DNA of 64,000 bases from a bacterium (GCA_024742755.1 JANSXW010000017.1:2847-66846), one strand, 5' to 3'. Numbered from the stretch's first letter, positions 9,029-19,469 are shown. Program-made: numbers and translations. The notes: generated from the letters alone by a model not told the origin.

Positions 9029-11464
9029 TTAGTTCCCGCCCAGGCGGCCCGCTTCATCCTCCAGGCCGGTCTTGCGTTTGCGCGATTTGATGTTTTGGTT
9101 GCCAAACTGATAATTCATGCTGACGCTGATGCGGCGGCTGTCCCAGCGGCCGCTGCCCTGTGAAATCAGCCCGGCAAAATTAGACTCTCCGTCCCAGCCG
9201 GTTTCATAGAACAAGTCCTGCCCGCTCACCCGCACATTGAGCTTGTCATCCAGGAATTTGCGCTGCAGCCCCAGGTCGAGGCTCCAGTTGCTTTCGTACT
9301 CAAATACGCCGCCCCAGACACCGGGGCCGCTGTAGTAGCCGGATACTTCTCCCTGAAAGCCCCAGGGCAGGGTGATGGTGTGCTGCTGGAAGATGTTGTA
9401 GGTAAAGGCTTGCAGGTCTACGACTGCGCCGTTGCCATAGTCCGCCTGATTGTCGAGATGAGAAGCACTTACATTGAAGTAGGCATTCCACTTTTCTGTG
9501 ATTTGCACCGGCGCGCTGATGTTGGCGCTGATGATGGTCTGACTCGCCAGGTTGTCCCAGGTGATGAAGCCTGCCCGTGGGTCATTCTCATCCGGTGCCA
9601 TCAACCGGGTGATTTGATCGGTCGTTTTGCTGTAGGCAATTTTGAAGTTATAGCGGTAAGCCAGGGTGTAGCCCAGCTCCAGGTTGTTGACGATTTCCGG
9701 GCGGAGGAAGGGGTTGCCTTTCTCGTAGGACAGCTGGCTGATCTGATTATTGAACGGGTTCAGCACGTTGTAGTCCGGGCGGTTGATGCGGCGGCCGTAG
9801 TTGAGCGACAGGCTGTTTTGTTGCGAAAGCTGGTACGTTACGCCTGCACTCGGGAACCAGTTGAGGTAGTTCAGCTCCACCGGAGGCTCCTGCAGCTCGG
9901 CTTTAAAGGCTTGCAGGTCGCCTGTGGCATCGGTCTGCTCAGCGCGTACCCCAGCTGATACATTCCATTTTTCCCAAAACTGACGGGCGAAGTTCAAGTA
10001 CCCTGCATAGACATTCTCATCGTACTCAAAGCGGTTGGAGGAGTTGTCGTTGCGCACCGGCACCCCATCATTTACATCAAAGAAGAGGAAGGTATTGTCG
10101 GACACCACCTTGCTCAGCTTGGTACCCATACTGAATTTACCGCCCAGAAGGGGTTGCTCGTAGTCTACCTTGAAAGTGTAAATGTCAATATCGGTAGGCG
10201 TATCGAAGCTGTTGATGATCTCCGTGAGCAAGGTCTCCTCATTGGCATCAAAGTAAAGATTGGGTTGGAAGCGCTCGCTCTCATTGCGGAAGCGGCCGTA
10301 GTCGGCATCGATATTTAAGGTACGCTCATTGCCACCATCGTAGCGGTAATTGAGGTTGAAGGTATTTTGAGAACGGGTATCCTCAGAGGCATTGCGGGCC
10401 ACAAGGATACTGTCCGGCAGGGTATTGCTGGAAGCCAGGTTGAAAATTTCGATGCGGTTGAAGGCGTTATTCTGGCCGTTGAAACCCCGCCCATCCGTCA
10501 AAAAGCCGATGGTGTGCTTGTCGGACAGGAAAAAATCGGCCCCGAGGCGGTAGTTGAAAAACTCGCGCTCATTGCGGTGGTTGTTGACCTCATCCAGCCG
10601 CAACCCGTTTTGGAAGCTCACGAAGTTCATTTTGTTGAAGCCCTCGCCTTCGCCGTAGCCGCCGCCACCGAAGAGGTTCATATTGCCGTTGCGGAAATTA
10701 CCGCTGGCATTCAGGTTGGAATGGTTGAACCGCCCCTGACTAAAGGTGCCGTTCAGGGCGCCGTTGGCACCGACGCTGTCATCCTTTTTCATGCGGATGT
10801 CGATGATACCGGCATTGCCCTCTGCCTCGTACTTCGCGCCCGGATTGGTGATGATATCGATGCGGTCAATCTGATCCGCCGGGAGATTTTGCAGGAAGTT
10901 GCTGAGGTCCTGCCCACCGAGCGGCAGGCGTTTGCCATCCACATATACGAGCACGCCGGAGCGGCCGAGCACGTTGATGTTGTCGTTATTGTCTACGGTT
11001 ACGCCAGGCGCTTTGCGCAGTAGCGAGAGCCCGTCTGAACCCGTGCTGTTGATGGTCCCCTGCACGTTGAAAACTGTGCGGTCGGGCTTGATTTCCACCA
11101 TAGCGCGCTGTGCCGTTACGGTAGCACCGGCCAGTTCGATGGAAGTACTGCCGAATTGCAGGGCCCCCAGGTCCTTTTGCTCGTCAGCGGCAAGGGTGAC
11201 CTCCGGCAGCCAAAGGTCGGCAGCGCCCACATAGGAGGCCTTGAAGAGATAGGTGCCTGCAGGCATATTCTGAAACCGGAAAATCCCCGATTCATCGCTG
11301 ACTTCCACTTTGATGATGGCAGTATCTGCCGGATTGTGAAGGACCACATTCGCAAAGGAGACCGGCGCCCCGGTTTCGTCCTGCAGTTGCCCTTTGATGC
11401 TGCCCTCCTGGGCAAAAAGGGTGATGGAAAAAAGTAACAGTGTGAGTGATAATAAAGCTTTCAT
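9029..11464 (-). CDS. TonB-dependent receptor / outer-membrane beta-barrel family protein
   Basis: Signal peptide MKALLSL...FAQ, N-terminal CarboxypepD-like domain, plug (LLRKAPGV, IDRIDIITNPGAKYEAEG), barrel with GNPFLRPE and a C-terminal SMNYQFG. Confidence 0.88.
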   Translation of the reverse strand: MKALLSLTLLLFSITLFAQEGSIKGQLQDETGAPVSFANVVLHNPADTAIIKVEVSDESGIFRFQNMPAGTYLFKASYVGAADLWLPEVTLAADEQKDLGALQFGSTSIELAGATVTAQRAMVEIKPDRTVFNVQGTINSTGSDGLSLLRKAPGVTVDNNDNINVLGRSGVLVYVDGKRLPLGGQDLSNFLQNLPADQIDRIDIITNPGAKYEAEGNAGIIDIRMKKDDSVGANGALNGTFSQGRFNHSNLNASGNFRNGNMNLFGGGGYGEGEGFNKMNFVSFQNGLRLDEVNNHRNEREFFNYRLGADFFLSDKHTIGFLTDGRGFNGQNNAFNRIEIFNLASSNTLPDSILVARNASEDTRSQNTFNLNYRYDGGNERTLNIDADYGRFRNESERFQPNLYFDANEETLLTEIINSFDTPTDIDIYTFKVDYEQPLLGGKFSMGTKLSKVVSDNTFLFFDVNDGVPVRNDNSSNRFEYDENVYAGYLNFARQFWEKWNVSAGVRAEQTDATGDLQAFKAELQEPPVELNYLNWFPSAGVTYQLSQQNSLSLNYGRRINRPDYNVLNPFNNQISQLSYEKGNPFLRPEIVNNLELGYTLAYRYNFKIAYSKTTDQITRLMAPDENDPRAGFITWDNLASQTIISANISAPVQITEKWNAYFNVSASHLDNQADYGNGAVVDLQAFTYNIFQQHTITLPWGFQGEVSGYYSGPGVWGGVFEYESNWSLDLGLQRKFLDDKLNVRVSGQDLFYETGWDGESNFAGLISQGSGRWDSRRISVSMNYQFGNQNIKSRKRKTGLEDEAGRLGGN

Positions 11465-11675
11465 GGTGTCGCAGTTGTATGGTGCTGCTTGCACAGCCGG
11501 GTGTTCAAAACTATAGAAGTGTAAACCAAAAAATTAAATCTGTTCAATCCACTTTCCGGTATAATGGAGGCAAATATCTGACAATAGCTGCACAGAGGCA
11601 CGCTTTTTTCGATAAACAGCCTCCTGAGCAGATGAATTAGCAATAAAGTGTACGAAGTAAGGATTGGAATGGATT

Positions 11676-13007
11676 TCAACCGGACATTTCACCCTGCAAA
11701 AAGTCGAGGCAAAGGGCGGCTGACCATGAAAACTGATCGGTACCGCAACCGATTTCTCCTTCCGCAGGCCGCCGGGGGTCGAAGTATTCATAAAAGCCGT
11801 ACGTGGAGAGCAACTCCAGGCTATGCTTCCGGATACGCTCCGCCATTTCTGTCATATCGTACCGCATCAGGCCGTGACAGAGCAGCCAGTTGAGGTTGAT
11901 CCACACCGGGCCGCGCCAGTACTTTTTGTAGTGGATGTCTTCGGCCTGCAAGCTGTAGGTGGGGCAGAGCAGAATGCCAGCGTCTTTCCCGCCAAAAGCG
12001 GGGCTTTCCAAGGTGCGCAGCATGGCTTCAGCCTGTTCCTGTGTGGGCACTTCGCCACACAGGGGAATGAGGCCGGAGGAAGTATGGACGGGGATGATTT
12101 CACCGGCGCGCAGGTCAAAGGCGTTGTAAATGCCCCGGTCTTCGTCCCAGAGTTTTTCGTTCATCGACCAGACAGTGAGCTCGTGCCACTGCATAGGCTC
12201 GGTGATGTCTTCGCCGATGAGGCTGCCGATTTGCAGGAGGGCTTCGTTGGACCAGGAGAGGATGCCGTTGAACAGGGGGTCTTGTATGAGGAACGGGCAA
12301 TCTTCGTAAATTTTCTGGTCATCATAATCGTGTTGCCGGAAGAGGTCAACGAGATAGACATAGCGGTCGTAGTCCTCCTGAGTAGGGCGGTGCTCGGCGG
12401 CTTTGGGATTTTGAAGGTCTTTGCGCTCATAGGCAGGCAGTTGATCCCGGTCAATCTGCATGCGGGACAAGGCGCGGTCCCAAATCGGGCTGTTGTCGGT
12501 GCCCCCTTCCCAGGGGTGGCGGATGTAGACCAGCCCTTCCTCCTCAGGGTCGCGGTAGTCGTAGAGGTAGCGGTGGAGGGCAAGCACCTTGGGGTACATT
12601 TCCTTTAGGAATGCTTTGGCCTGCGCCTTATCGGCAGCCGCTTCGTACATCCTCCAAAGCACAAAACCGTGCACCGGAGGCATGGTGATACCAGAAGTTT
12701 GGATATGCTCCGGCGCCTGAGCGGAGCGGCCGGCCTGCCAAAAGTCGGGCCCCGGGAAGTACCGAGCCTCGGGATCATCGCCAAAAACGATCTGCGGGAC
12801 GAGCCCATTCTTCCACTGGGCACTAAAAAGGTGGCGCATTTCAGCCATCGCCCTGCCGAAATTTTGGTGGGCGTTGCCAATAGCGATAAAGCCCGCATCC
12901 CAATTCCATTGGTGCGGATAGAGGCTGGGGGCAGGTTTGGTAAATTGGCCGTTCCAGTTTTGGTCCAGTACGGCCTGTGCCATCTGTTGAAGCTGGGCTT
13001 GATTCAT
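11676..13007 (-). CDS. GH63 MGH1-like glycoside hydrolase (glucosyl/mannosylglycerate hydrolase type)
   Basis: Motifs YPHQWNWD, HPWEGGTDNSPIWD, YWRGPVWIN, FYEYFDP and FSWSAA. Confidence 0.85.
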   Translation of the reverse strand: MNQAQLQQMAQAVLDQNWNGQFTKPAPSLYPHQWNWDAGFIAIGNAHQNFGRAMAEMRHLFSAQWKNGLVPQIVFGDDPEARYFPGPDFWQAGRSAQAPEHIQTSGITMPPVHGFVLWRMYEAAADKAQAKAFLKEMYPKVLALHRYLYDYRDPEEEGLVYIRHPWEGGTDNSPIWDRALSRMQIDRDQLPAYERKDLQNPKAAEHRPTQEDYDRYVYLVDLFRQHDYDDQKIYEDCPFLIQDPLFNGILSWSNEALLQIGSLIGEDITEPMQWHELTVWSMNEKLWDEDRGIYNAFDLRAGEIIPVHTSSGLIPLCGEVPTQEQAEAMLRTLESPAFGGKDAGILLCPTYSLQAEDIHYKKYWRGPVWINLNWLLCHGLMRYDMTEMAERIRKHSLELLSTYGFYEYFDPRRPAEGEIGCGTDQFSWSAALCLDFLQGEMSG

Positions 13008-13032
13008 GGGTCTGATTTGGTTATCCGCCCGG

Positions 13033-14460
13033 TCAGTTATATTCCAGTCGGGCGATTTTGAGCCGGTTGCGGCGCTCGCTCGGGATCAGGAGGGTATTGG
13101 CATCGACTTGCATGGCGTCGCGGAACCGGAGCCGCAATTTAAGGTTTTCTGTGCTCATAAGGCTGTTGCGGTCGAAACGGCCGTTGCCGCGCAGCACATA
13201 TTCGCTTACCGTATTCTCGTACTTGATTTCGTCATTGAATAAAAACCGCAGGCTGCTGGCCGTCTTGAAGACGAAAAAGGAGGAGTAAATCCCGTCATCA
13301 TCCTGTGAGTACTGCTTTTTGTGCATCACCGTTGACCAGTGCAAGTCCCCACCGGGATGAATGGACAAAACGAATATTTCATCGTAGTAGTAGTCTACTG
13401 AAAACCGGCCACTGGCATCGTAAAAATTCCGGGTCATGTTGGCTCCGTTCCGCTCGAAGGTCCGGCTAAGCTCCCCAATCAGGAGCACGCCCCCGTCTTT
13501 ACGCAGCACGACATCGCGCAGCAGGCCCTCCGGGACCCCCTTGGTTTTGTCGGCCTCTTTGCCCAGGAGGCTCACGATAAACTCCTCCGTAAAGGGATGG
13601 CTGGCCTTCACGAAATCTTCGGGCCGGTCAGGGTTGATATTCAGGTAGAAAAACCCATCGGAGCGCCCCAGGTTTTTTTCAGAATAAAGCCCTGCCCCTA
13701 CGATTCTTTTGTTGAGCGGATCAATGGAGAAAATCACATCGAAGGTCAGCTTCTCCGGCATGGTCAGGTCAAAACGGGTCAGGCGGTCCGTCCTGCCATC
13801 GTAATGATAAAACTCAAAATGGTGGTCCTCTCTTTTGGTGCGGTAATTATCGCGCTCGGCTACAATTGTCATGTCACCATCATTATCGACCAGGACCTCC
13901 AGGAAGTTTTGGTAAAAGTTGAAATCCTGAGGCGTAACCACCGTTTGCCAGAGCAGCTCCAACCGGTTGTTGTCAAAGCAAACGGCACGCATCATGTCCT
14001 GTTTTTCGGTAAAAAAGAAGAGGGTCTTGCTCTTGTCCTCCGAATAAACCGGTATAAATTTTGGGGTATAAAATAGGTAACCCAGATCAACGATGGTAAT
14101 GGAATCCAAAAGGTTGGCACCCGGGCCATACCGGTGAGCCTTTAGTTTGGTATGTGTCCGGTCTTTAAACTGATAGAACAAGGTGAAGTGCCCATCATCG
14201 GGCAAGATATCGATTATTTTGGGCAGGCGGCGGTCCAGCTCCAGCTCTTTAGTCCAGGACTCCTTCATAGCTTTGTTCAGGCCAACCACCTCGAAGGTAG
14301 TGCTACGGTCACGGAAAAGCAGGGTATGGCTGCCCATCTCTCCCAAAAGGTGATAGGCAATATCATTGCGCAGCACAATAGGCTCCGACAAGGTGACCGT
14401 TTGTGCATAAAGGGCCACTCCGGTGGTCAGGAAGAGCAGCAGGCTGATTATTTTTTTCAT
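13033..14460 (-). CDS. hypothetical secreted protein
   Basis: Start moved to MKKIISLLLFLTTGVALYAQ (signal peptide). Long beta-rich ORF with gene-like codon usage. Confidence 0.6.
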   Translation of the reverse strand: MKKIISLLLFLTTGVALYAQTVTLSEPIVLRNDIAYHLLGEMGSHTLLFRDRSTTFEVVGLNKAMKESWTKELELDRRLPKIIDILPDDGHFTLFYQFKDRTHTKLKAHRYGPGANLLDSITIVDLGYLFYTPKFIPVYSEDKSKTLFFFTEKQDMMRAVCFDNNRLELLWQTVVTPQDFNFYQNFLEVLVDNDGDMTIVAERDNYRTKREDHHFEFYHYDGRTDRLTRFDLTMPEKLTFDVIFSIDPLNKRIVGAGLYSEKNLGRSDGFFYLNINPDRPEDFVKASHPFTEEFIVSLLGKEADKTKGVPEGLLRDVVLRKDGGVLLIGELSRTFERNGANMTRNFYDASGRFSVDYYYDEIFVLSIHPGGDLHWSTVMHKKQYSQDDDGIYSSFFVFKTASSLRFLFNDEIKYENTVSEYVLRGNGRFDRNSLMSTENLKLRLRFRDAMQVDANTLLIPSERRNRLKIARLEYN

Positions 14461-14576
14461 AGCTTTAATCTTGTTTGGTCTCTGGTTGGAAGGGTTACGG
14501 TGAGCCCTACCCATGAAAATACTGAAATTTAGCAATATGTTTCGTAAAACGGGATTCTTCCCAAAATACAGCAAGC

Positions 14577-15389
14577 ATGGCGGAGTGGATTAAAGCGGGG
14601 GCAGTGATTTTTGCCGCGGGCCTTGCGCTTTATCTGATAGTGGTGCTCGTGGTGTGGGTTGGGCAGGAACGGTTCATCTATCAGACGCGCTCCCTGCCTT
14701 CCGGCTATCGCTTCACTTTCGACGCCAGCTATGAGGAAGTGAGCATACCCGCTGCTGATGGAGAGGCCATCAATGGGCTCTTTTTCCGGGCCAGGGGAGA
14801 CACTCGGGGCGCGGTACTCTATTTCCACGGCAACCGGGGCAACCTAAGCCGTTGGGGGCATATGCACCGCCCCTTTACAGACCGGGGCTATGATGTGCTG
14901 CTGATCGACTACCGGGGCTATGGCAAAAGTACCGGAAAGCCATCAGAAGCCGGGCTTTATCAGGATGGAGAGGCGGCGCTGCAATGGCTTCGGCAGCACC
15001 ACAGGCTGGAGCAAGTGATTTTTTACGGGCGGTCTTTGGGCAGTGGGGTAGCGGCTTATCTGGCTTCCCGGCATACACCGAAATCGCTCATTTTGGAAAC
15101 GCCCTATGATGTGCTGCCGAATGTGATTCAACATCAGGTGATGCTGCCTTTGCCCGGGGGGATTTTCCGCCACCACTTTCCGAACCTCCGCTACCTTCCG
15201 GAGGCAAAGTGCCCCATTCATATTTTGGCGGGGACCCACGATCAGCTCATCCCGCTCCGGCTGTCGCTTCAACTGAAACCACTGCTCCGGGCGCCTTCAG
15301 ACTTCCTCCTCATACAGGGCGCCGGGCACCACAACTTATCGGCATTCCGGGCCTATCATTTTGAATTGGACCGTTTGCTATTGCCTTGA
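14577..15389 (+). CDS. alpha/beta hydrolase with N-terminal membrane anchor
   Basis: LYFHGNRGN, DYRGYGKSTG, nucleophile elbow GRSLG, Asp in GTHDQ, His in GAGHH. Confidence 0.9.
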   Translation: MAEWIKAGAVIFAAGLALYLIVVLVVWVGQERFIYQTRSLPSGYRFTFDASYEEVSIPAADGEAINGLFFRARGDTRGAVLYFHGNRGNLSRWGHMHRPFTDRGYDVLLIDYRGYGKSTGKPSEAGLYQDGEAALQWLRQHHRLEQVIFYGRSLGSGVAAYLASRHTPKSLILETPYDVLPNVIQHQVMLPLPGGIFRHHFPNLRYLPEAKCPIHILAGTHDQLIPLRLSLQLKPLLRAPSDFLLIQGAGHHNLSAFRAYHFELDRLLLP

Positions 15390-15406
15390 CGGATTTCGTA
15401 TCTTTG
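15374..15406 (+). promoter_or_regulatory. sigma-A promoter for trmB (-33 TTTG, -7 TATCTTTG)
   Basis: TTTG at 15374-15377 and TAnnTTTG at 15399-15406, 30 bp before the ATG at 15436. Confidence 0.65.
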
Positions 15407-15435
15407 CCGCAAGAAGCGATAACACCACCTCAAGC

Positions 15436-16134
15436 ATGAGCAAAAGAAATAAGCTCCAGAAATTTGCGGAGCTGCTGACCTTTCCGAATGTATACGAAAA
15501 CTTCAACCCCAAGGAGCCGCAACTGCATGGGCTGAACGGGGCACCGGTCAGCCTGAAGGGGGAGTGGTGTGCCAGGCATTTCCATAATGACAACCCTATC
15601 GTGGTGGAACTGGCCTGCGGGCGTGGGGAGTACACCCTGGGCATGGGCCGCATCAGCCCCAACCGCAATTTCATAGGTGTGGATATCAAAGGGGCCAGAA
15701 TTTGGAAGGGAGCGGGCATCGCCCTGGAGGAAGAGCTGGAGAATGTCGCTTTCCTGCGGACCCGGATTGAGCAGCTGCACTTGTTTTTTGAGCCTGGTGA
15801 AATCAGCGAAATCTGGATTACGTTCCCAGACCCTTTCCTGCAAAAGAGCAAAGCCAACCGCCGGCTGACGGCGCCAAGGTTTCTGGATACCTACAAAAAA
15901 TTATTGCGCAAAGACGGGCTGATCCACCTCAAAACCGATGAGCCAAATCTGTACGAGTTCACGCTGGAAACCCTGCAGGAATACGAGGGCGCGCAGGTCC
16001 TCTACCACAGCGACGACATCTACAGCCTCGAAGAGCTGCCTATGCCGGAGCTGGAAATCAAAACCTACTATGAGCGGATGCACCTGGCGGCTCAAAAGAC
16101 CATCAAGTACATCCGCTTCCGGTTGGAGCAGTAA
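15436..16134 (+). CDS. trmB: tRNA (guanine-N7)-methyltransferase
   Basis: VELACGRGEY, FIGVDIKGARIW, FLRTRIE, ITFPDP, NRRLT and HLKTD. Start moved to MSKRNK. Confidence 0.95.
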   Translation: MSKRNKLQKFAELLTFPNVYENFNPKEPQLHGLNGAPVSLKGEWCARHFHNDNPIVVELACGRGEYTLGMGRISPNRNFIGVDIKGARIWKGAGIALEEELENVAFLRTRIEQLHLFFEPGEISEIWITFPDPFLQKSKANRRLTAPRFLDTYKKLLRKDGLIHLKTDEPNLYEFTLETLQEYEGAQVLYHSDDIYSLEELPMPELEIKTYYERMHLAAQKTIKYIRFRLEQ

Positions 16135-16638
16135 TTACTTGCCGGTCAGTTCTTTCAGTTTGTCTTCCAGTTCGTACTCATCGCCCGGCACGTAGCCGTT
16201 GTGGTTGTAAACGATGTTGCCATCTTTGTCCAGCACGAAGGTCTGCGGGATCGTCTGGAAGTTCAGCGCATTGCGCAGTTGCTGATTCGGGTCAGAAAGG
16301 ATGGTGTAAGTCCAGCCTTTGGCTTCCACCATCGGCTTCACTTTAGCCAGGGCCCGCTGTGTGTCGATAGTGATGGCTACAAGCTCGGCATCGTATTCTT
16401 CCTGCCAGAAACCGTAAAGATCAGCGATGGCATCGAGCTCTTTTTTGCAAGGGGAGCACCAGGTGGCCCAAAAGCTCAGGATGGTGATTTTGCCGTCTTC
16501 AGCATACTGCCTGATATCCAGCGTTTGCCCGTCGAGAGTCTTCACTTCAACGGAAGGGATGCTTTTGCCTTCCTGCGCAAAGGTAGCCAGGCTGAAAGCA
16601 AATAAAGCGGCGATGGTCAGTAATAAGGCTTTTTTCAT
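16135..16638 (-). CDS. exported TlpA-family thioredoxin-like disulfide reductase
   Basis: Signal peptide MKKALLL...FAQ, FWATWCSPCKKE, cis-Pro loop TIPQTFVLD. Confidence 0.9.
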   Translation of the reverse strand: MKKALLLTIAALFAFSLATFAQEGKSIPSVEVKTLDGQTLDIRQYAEDGKITILSFWATWCSPCKKELDAIADLYGFWQEEYDAELVAITIDTQRALAKVKPMVEAKGWTYTILSDPNQQLRNALNFQTIPQTFVLDKDGNIVYNHNGYVPGDEYELEDKLKELTGK

Positions 16639-16908
16639 GGAGTTGATATTTTTCAAAGTGGTGGACAAAGATAAAACTTCCGGATTGATGGGCATAGCCT
16701 GCCGGAGGCTTCATATTTGTTCGTCGAATGACTAATTTTGCATAAAATTTCATTATTCCGCCAATTCGCAGGATTTTTGCTGCCAATTTTAGGAAACGGT
16801 TGGTATCATCCTGACGTAAAACTACCAAATGGCCACCATCTGGTATACCCAAAGACCAGCCTTAACGCAACTTTAGGAATACACACCCCTCAGTACACAA
16901 CGAAACGA

Positions 16909-18609
16909 ATGGACCTATTGCAGATTTTTCGAAAAACATTCATCGCTGGCGCACTGCTCGCCTTCGGGGCCGTTATTGGCTTTAGCCAAAACAACAATGG
17001 AGGCACCCTCTCGGGCAATCTTGAAGCCAACGGCAACTTCTTCATCCGCGACAGCCTCATCGGAGCGGCCAACACCCCACAGTACGACCGGCAGCTGTAC
17101 GGAGCCGATGCCTGGCTCAACCTTTCGTACAACAACTGGGGCTTCGACTTTGGCCTGCGCTTCGACCTTTTCAACAATTCCAACCTGCTCAACCCTACCG
17201 GGTCTTTCACCGGAGAAGGCATTGGCCGGTGGTATGTGCATAAGAAAGTGGACAAGTTTGACATCTCAGTGGGCTACCTCTACGATCAAATCGGCAGCGG
17301 CATCATCTTCCGGGCATTTGAGCAGCGCCCGCTGCTGATTGACAACGCCCTCTACGGTGCCCGGCTGGCTTATGACCTGGGTGAAAACTGGCAGATCAAA
17401 GGCTTTACCGGACGGCAGAAGCAGCAGTTCGACATCTACGAACCGGTGATCAAAGGCGGTGCCATCGATGGTTATCTGAGTTTTGGGGAAGAAGGCAAAT
17501 TCTGGGCGATTGCGCCTGGTTTGGGCGTGGTCAACCGGACGCTTGATGATGCCTCCATGAACTCTATTGTCGCTACGGTCAACACTTACACCAAAGAAGA
17601 TGCCTTTGTGCCGGTGTACAATACTTATGCCTTCTCGGCTTACAACACGCTATCTGCCGGTCCATGGACCTGGTATGTGGAGGCGGCTTACAAGACGGAG
17701 GACAACCTGAGCGACCCTTTTGGGGAGTTCGTGCTTTCGGATTCTAGTGTGGTGGTGGGCGACAAGCTTTACAAAGCACCGGGTACGGTATTCTACAGCA
17801 GCCTGAGCTACGCCAAAAGCGGGCTGGGCATTTCCGTTGAGGGCAAGCGCACGGAGAATTTCGACTTCCGGGTACGCCCGCAGGAACAGCTCAACCGGGG
17901 CCTGGTGAATTTCCTTCCGCCCATGGCGCGGGTCAATACGTACCGGATGACGGCGCGTTACAATGCAGCTACGCAGTTTTTGGGGGAAATGGCGGTGCAG
18001 GCCGATATACGCTATAATTACAAGCGTAAGTTTGGCGTCAATGTCAACGCCTCCAACATTACTGACCTGGACAACAACCTCCTGTACCGGGAGCTGTACA
18101 CGGAGCTTACATACAAATACAAGCGCACCTGGCAGTTTCTCGCCGGGCTGCAAATACAGCGCTACAATCAGGAGGTCTTCGAGTTCAAGCCAGACGCCCC
18201 GATTGTGGAAACGGTCACGCCCTACTTCGATGTCCTCTACAAGTTTTCCCGCCGCAAGTCCATCCGCTTTGAAGGGCAGTATATGATTGCCGGGAAGGAC
18301 GACAAAGGCGAGGGGCATGACTATGGTAGCTGGCTCTTCGGGCTGGTGGAATTCAGCATTGCCCCCAGCTGGACCTTCACCGTTTCTGATATGTATAATA
18401 TTGATCCGGGCAAAGCCTCTCCGATTGATGAAAGTGGGGAGAAAGCAGCTTTGCATTATCCCCGTTTTGATGTATTTTATACGCATGGGTCCAACCGTTT
18501 CTCCCTGAGTTACATCAAGCAGGTGGAAGGGGTGGTCTGTACCGGTGGTATTTGCCGCCTTGAACCCGCCTTCAGCGGCGTACGTTTTACGGTTAACTCC
18601 AGTTTTTAA
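16909..18609 (+). CDS. DUF6029-like outer-membrane beta-barrel protein
   Basis: Signal peptide, barrel strands, family-typical C-terminus EGVVCTGGICRLEPAFSG...SSF. Start moved to MDLLQ. Confidence 0.75.
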   Translation: MDLLQIFRKTFIAGALLAFGAVIGFSQNNNGGTLSGNLEANGNFFIRDSLIGAANTPQYDRQLYGADAWLNLSYNNWGFDFGLRFDLFNNSNLLNPTGSFTGEGIGRWYVHKKVDKFDISVGYLYDQIGSGIIFRAFEQRPLLIDNALYGARLAYDLGENWQIKGFTGRQKQQFDIYEPVIKGGAIDGYLSFGEEGKFWAIAPGLGVVNRTLDDASMNSIVATVNTYTKEDAFVPVYNTYAFSAYNTLSAGPWTWYVEAAYKTEDNLSDPFGEFVLSDSSVVVGDKLYKAPGTVFYSSLSYAKSGLGISVEGKRTENFDFRVRPQEQLNRGLVNFLPPMARVNTYRMTARYNAATQFLGEMAVQADIRYNYKRKFGVNVNASNITDLDNNLLYRELYTELTYKYKRTWQFLAGLQIQRYNQEVFEFKPDAPIVETVTPYFDVLYKFSRRKSIRFEGQYMIAGKDDKGEGHDYGSWLFGLVEFSIAPSWTFTVSDMYNIDPGKASPIDESGEKAALHYPRFDVFYTHGSNRFSLSYIKQVEGVVCTGGICRLEPAFSGVRFTVNSSF

Positions 18610-18620
18610 AAATTGAAGAC

Positions 18621-19469
18621 ATGAAAAGATTTAGCTTTCTACTCGCAATTGTTGTTCTTTCATTTGGCTGTGAAGAAATCCCTCCGGTCATCACTCCGGT
18701 CATGGAGGTCGAAAGCATTTGTGATGACCCCGCACCGATTACCGATCAGCAACGGCAGGTATTGGTGGAGGAATTTACCGGCGTTCGCTGCGTGAACTGC
18801 CCGGCAGGCAGCGCGGCACTGGAAGAGCTCATCGGGCAGCATGGCGACCAATTGGTTGCCGTATCCATTCATGCCGGTTCTTTTGCACCGCCTTACCCGG
18901 ACAGTTTTGACACTTTGCGCACAGCCAAGGGAGAAGAAATCCTGAGCTTTGTAGGAGAGCCCCTCGGCTATCCCACCGCAGTAGTCAACCGCAAGAAATT
19001 TCCCGGTGGTTTCAATTTACAGTTGCCCCGTAATGGCTGGCCCGGCGCTATTGAGCAGGAGTTGCAGGAAGCCCCGCGCGTCCTGATCGACATCAAAAAC
19101 AACTACGACGAAGCGACCCGCGAACTGGAAACCTGCGTTACCCTGCAGATGATGGACGACCTAAGCGTTGAAGAGTCGGTTTTCCTGACCGTAATGCTCA
19201 TAGAGAATAATGTGGTCGACCTTCAGCTTACCCCGGAGAGCTCAGAGCCCGACCCTAATTACGTGCACAAGCATGTTTTCAGGGATGTGCTCACCAGTGC
19301 AGCAGGCAATCTGATTCAGGACGAGGTCACTACGGGCAGTTTTGTGCAGCGGTCTTTTGCCATTACCCTCAAGGAAAAGTATAAAGCGGACGATTGCTCG
19401 ATTATCGCTTTTGTCCATTTGGGTGGTGATACGAAGGTGGTCTTGCAGGCAGAGAAGGAGGATTGGTAG
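18621..19469 (+). CDS. Omp28-related thioredoxin-fold lipoprotein
   Basis: Lipobox SFGC, VLVEEFTGVRCVNCP, GYPTAVVNR and HKHVFR Omp28 motifs. Confidence 0.85.
   Translation: MKRFSFLLAIVVLSFGCEEIPPVITPVMEVESICDDPAPITDQQRQVLVEEFTGVRCVNCPAGSAALEELIGQHGDQLVAVSIHAGSFAPPYPDSFDTLRTAKGEEILSFVGEPLGYPTAVVNRKKFPGGFNLQLPRNGWPGAIEQELQEAPRVLIDIKNNYDEATRELETCVTLQMMDDLSVEESVFLTVMLIENNVVDLQLTPESSEPDPNYVHKHVFRDVLTSAAGNLIQDEVTTGSFVQRSFAITLKEKYKADDCSIIAFVHLGGDTKVVLQAEKEDW

Noticed and set aside
9029-13007. Polysaccharide utilisation locus
   Set aside because: The receptor lacks SusC-specific motifs, there is no SusD partner or PUL regulator, and the GH63 has no signal peptide.
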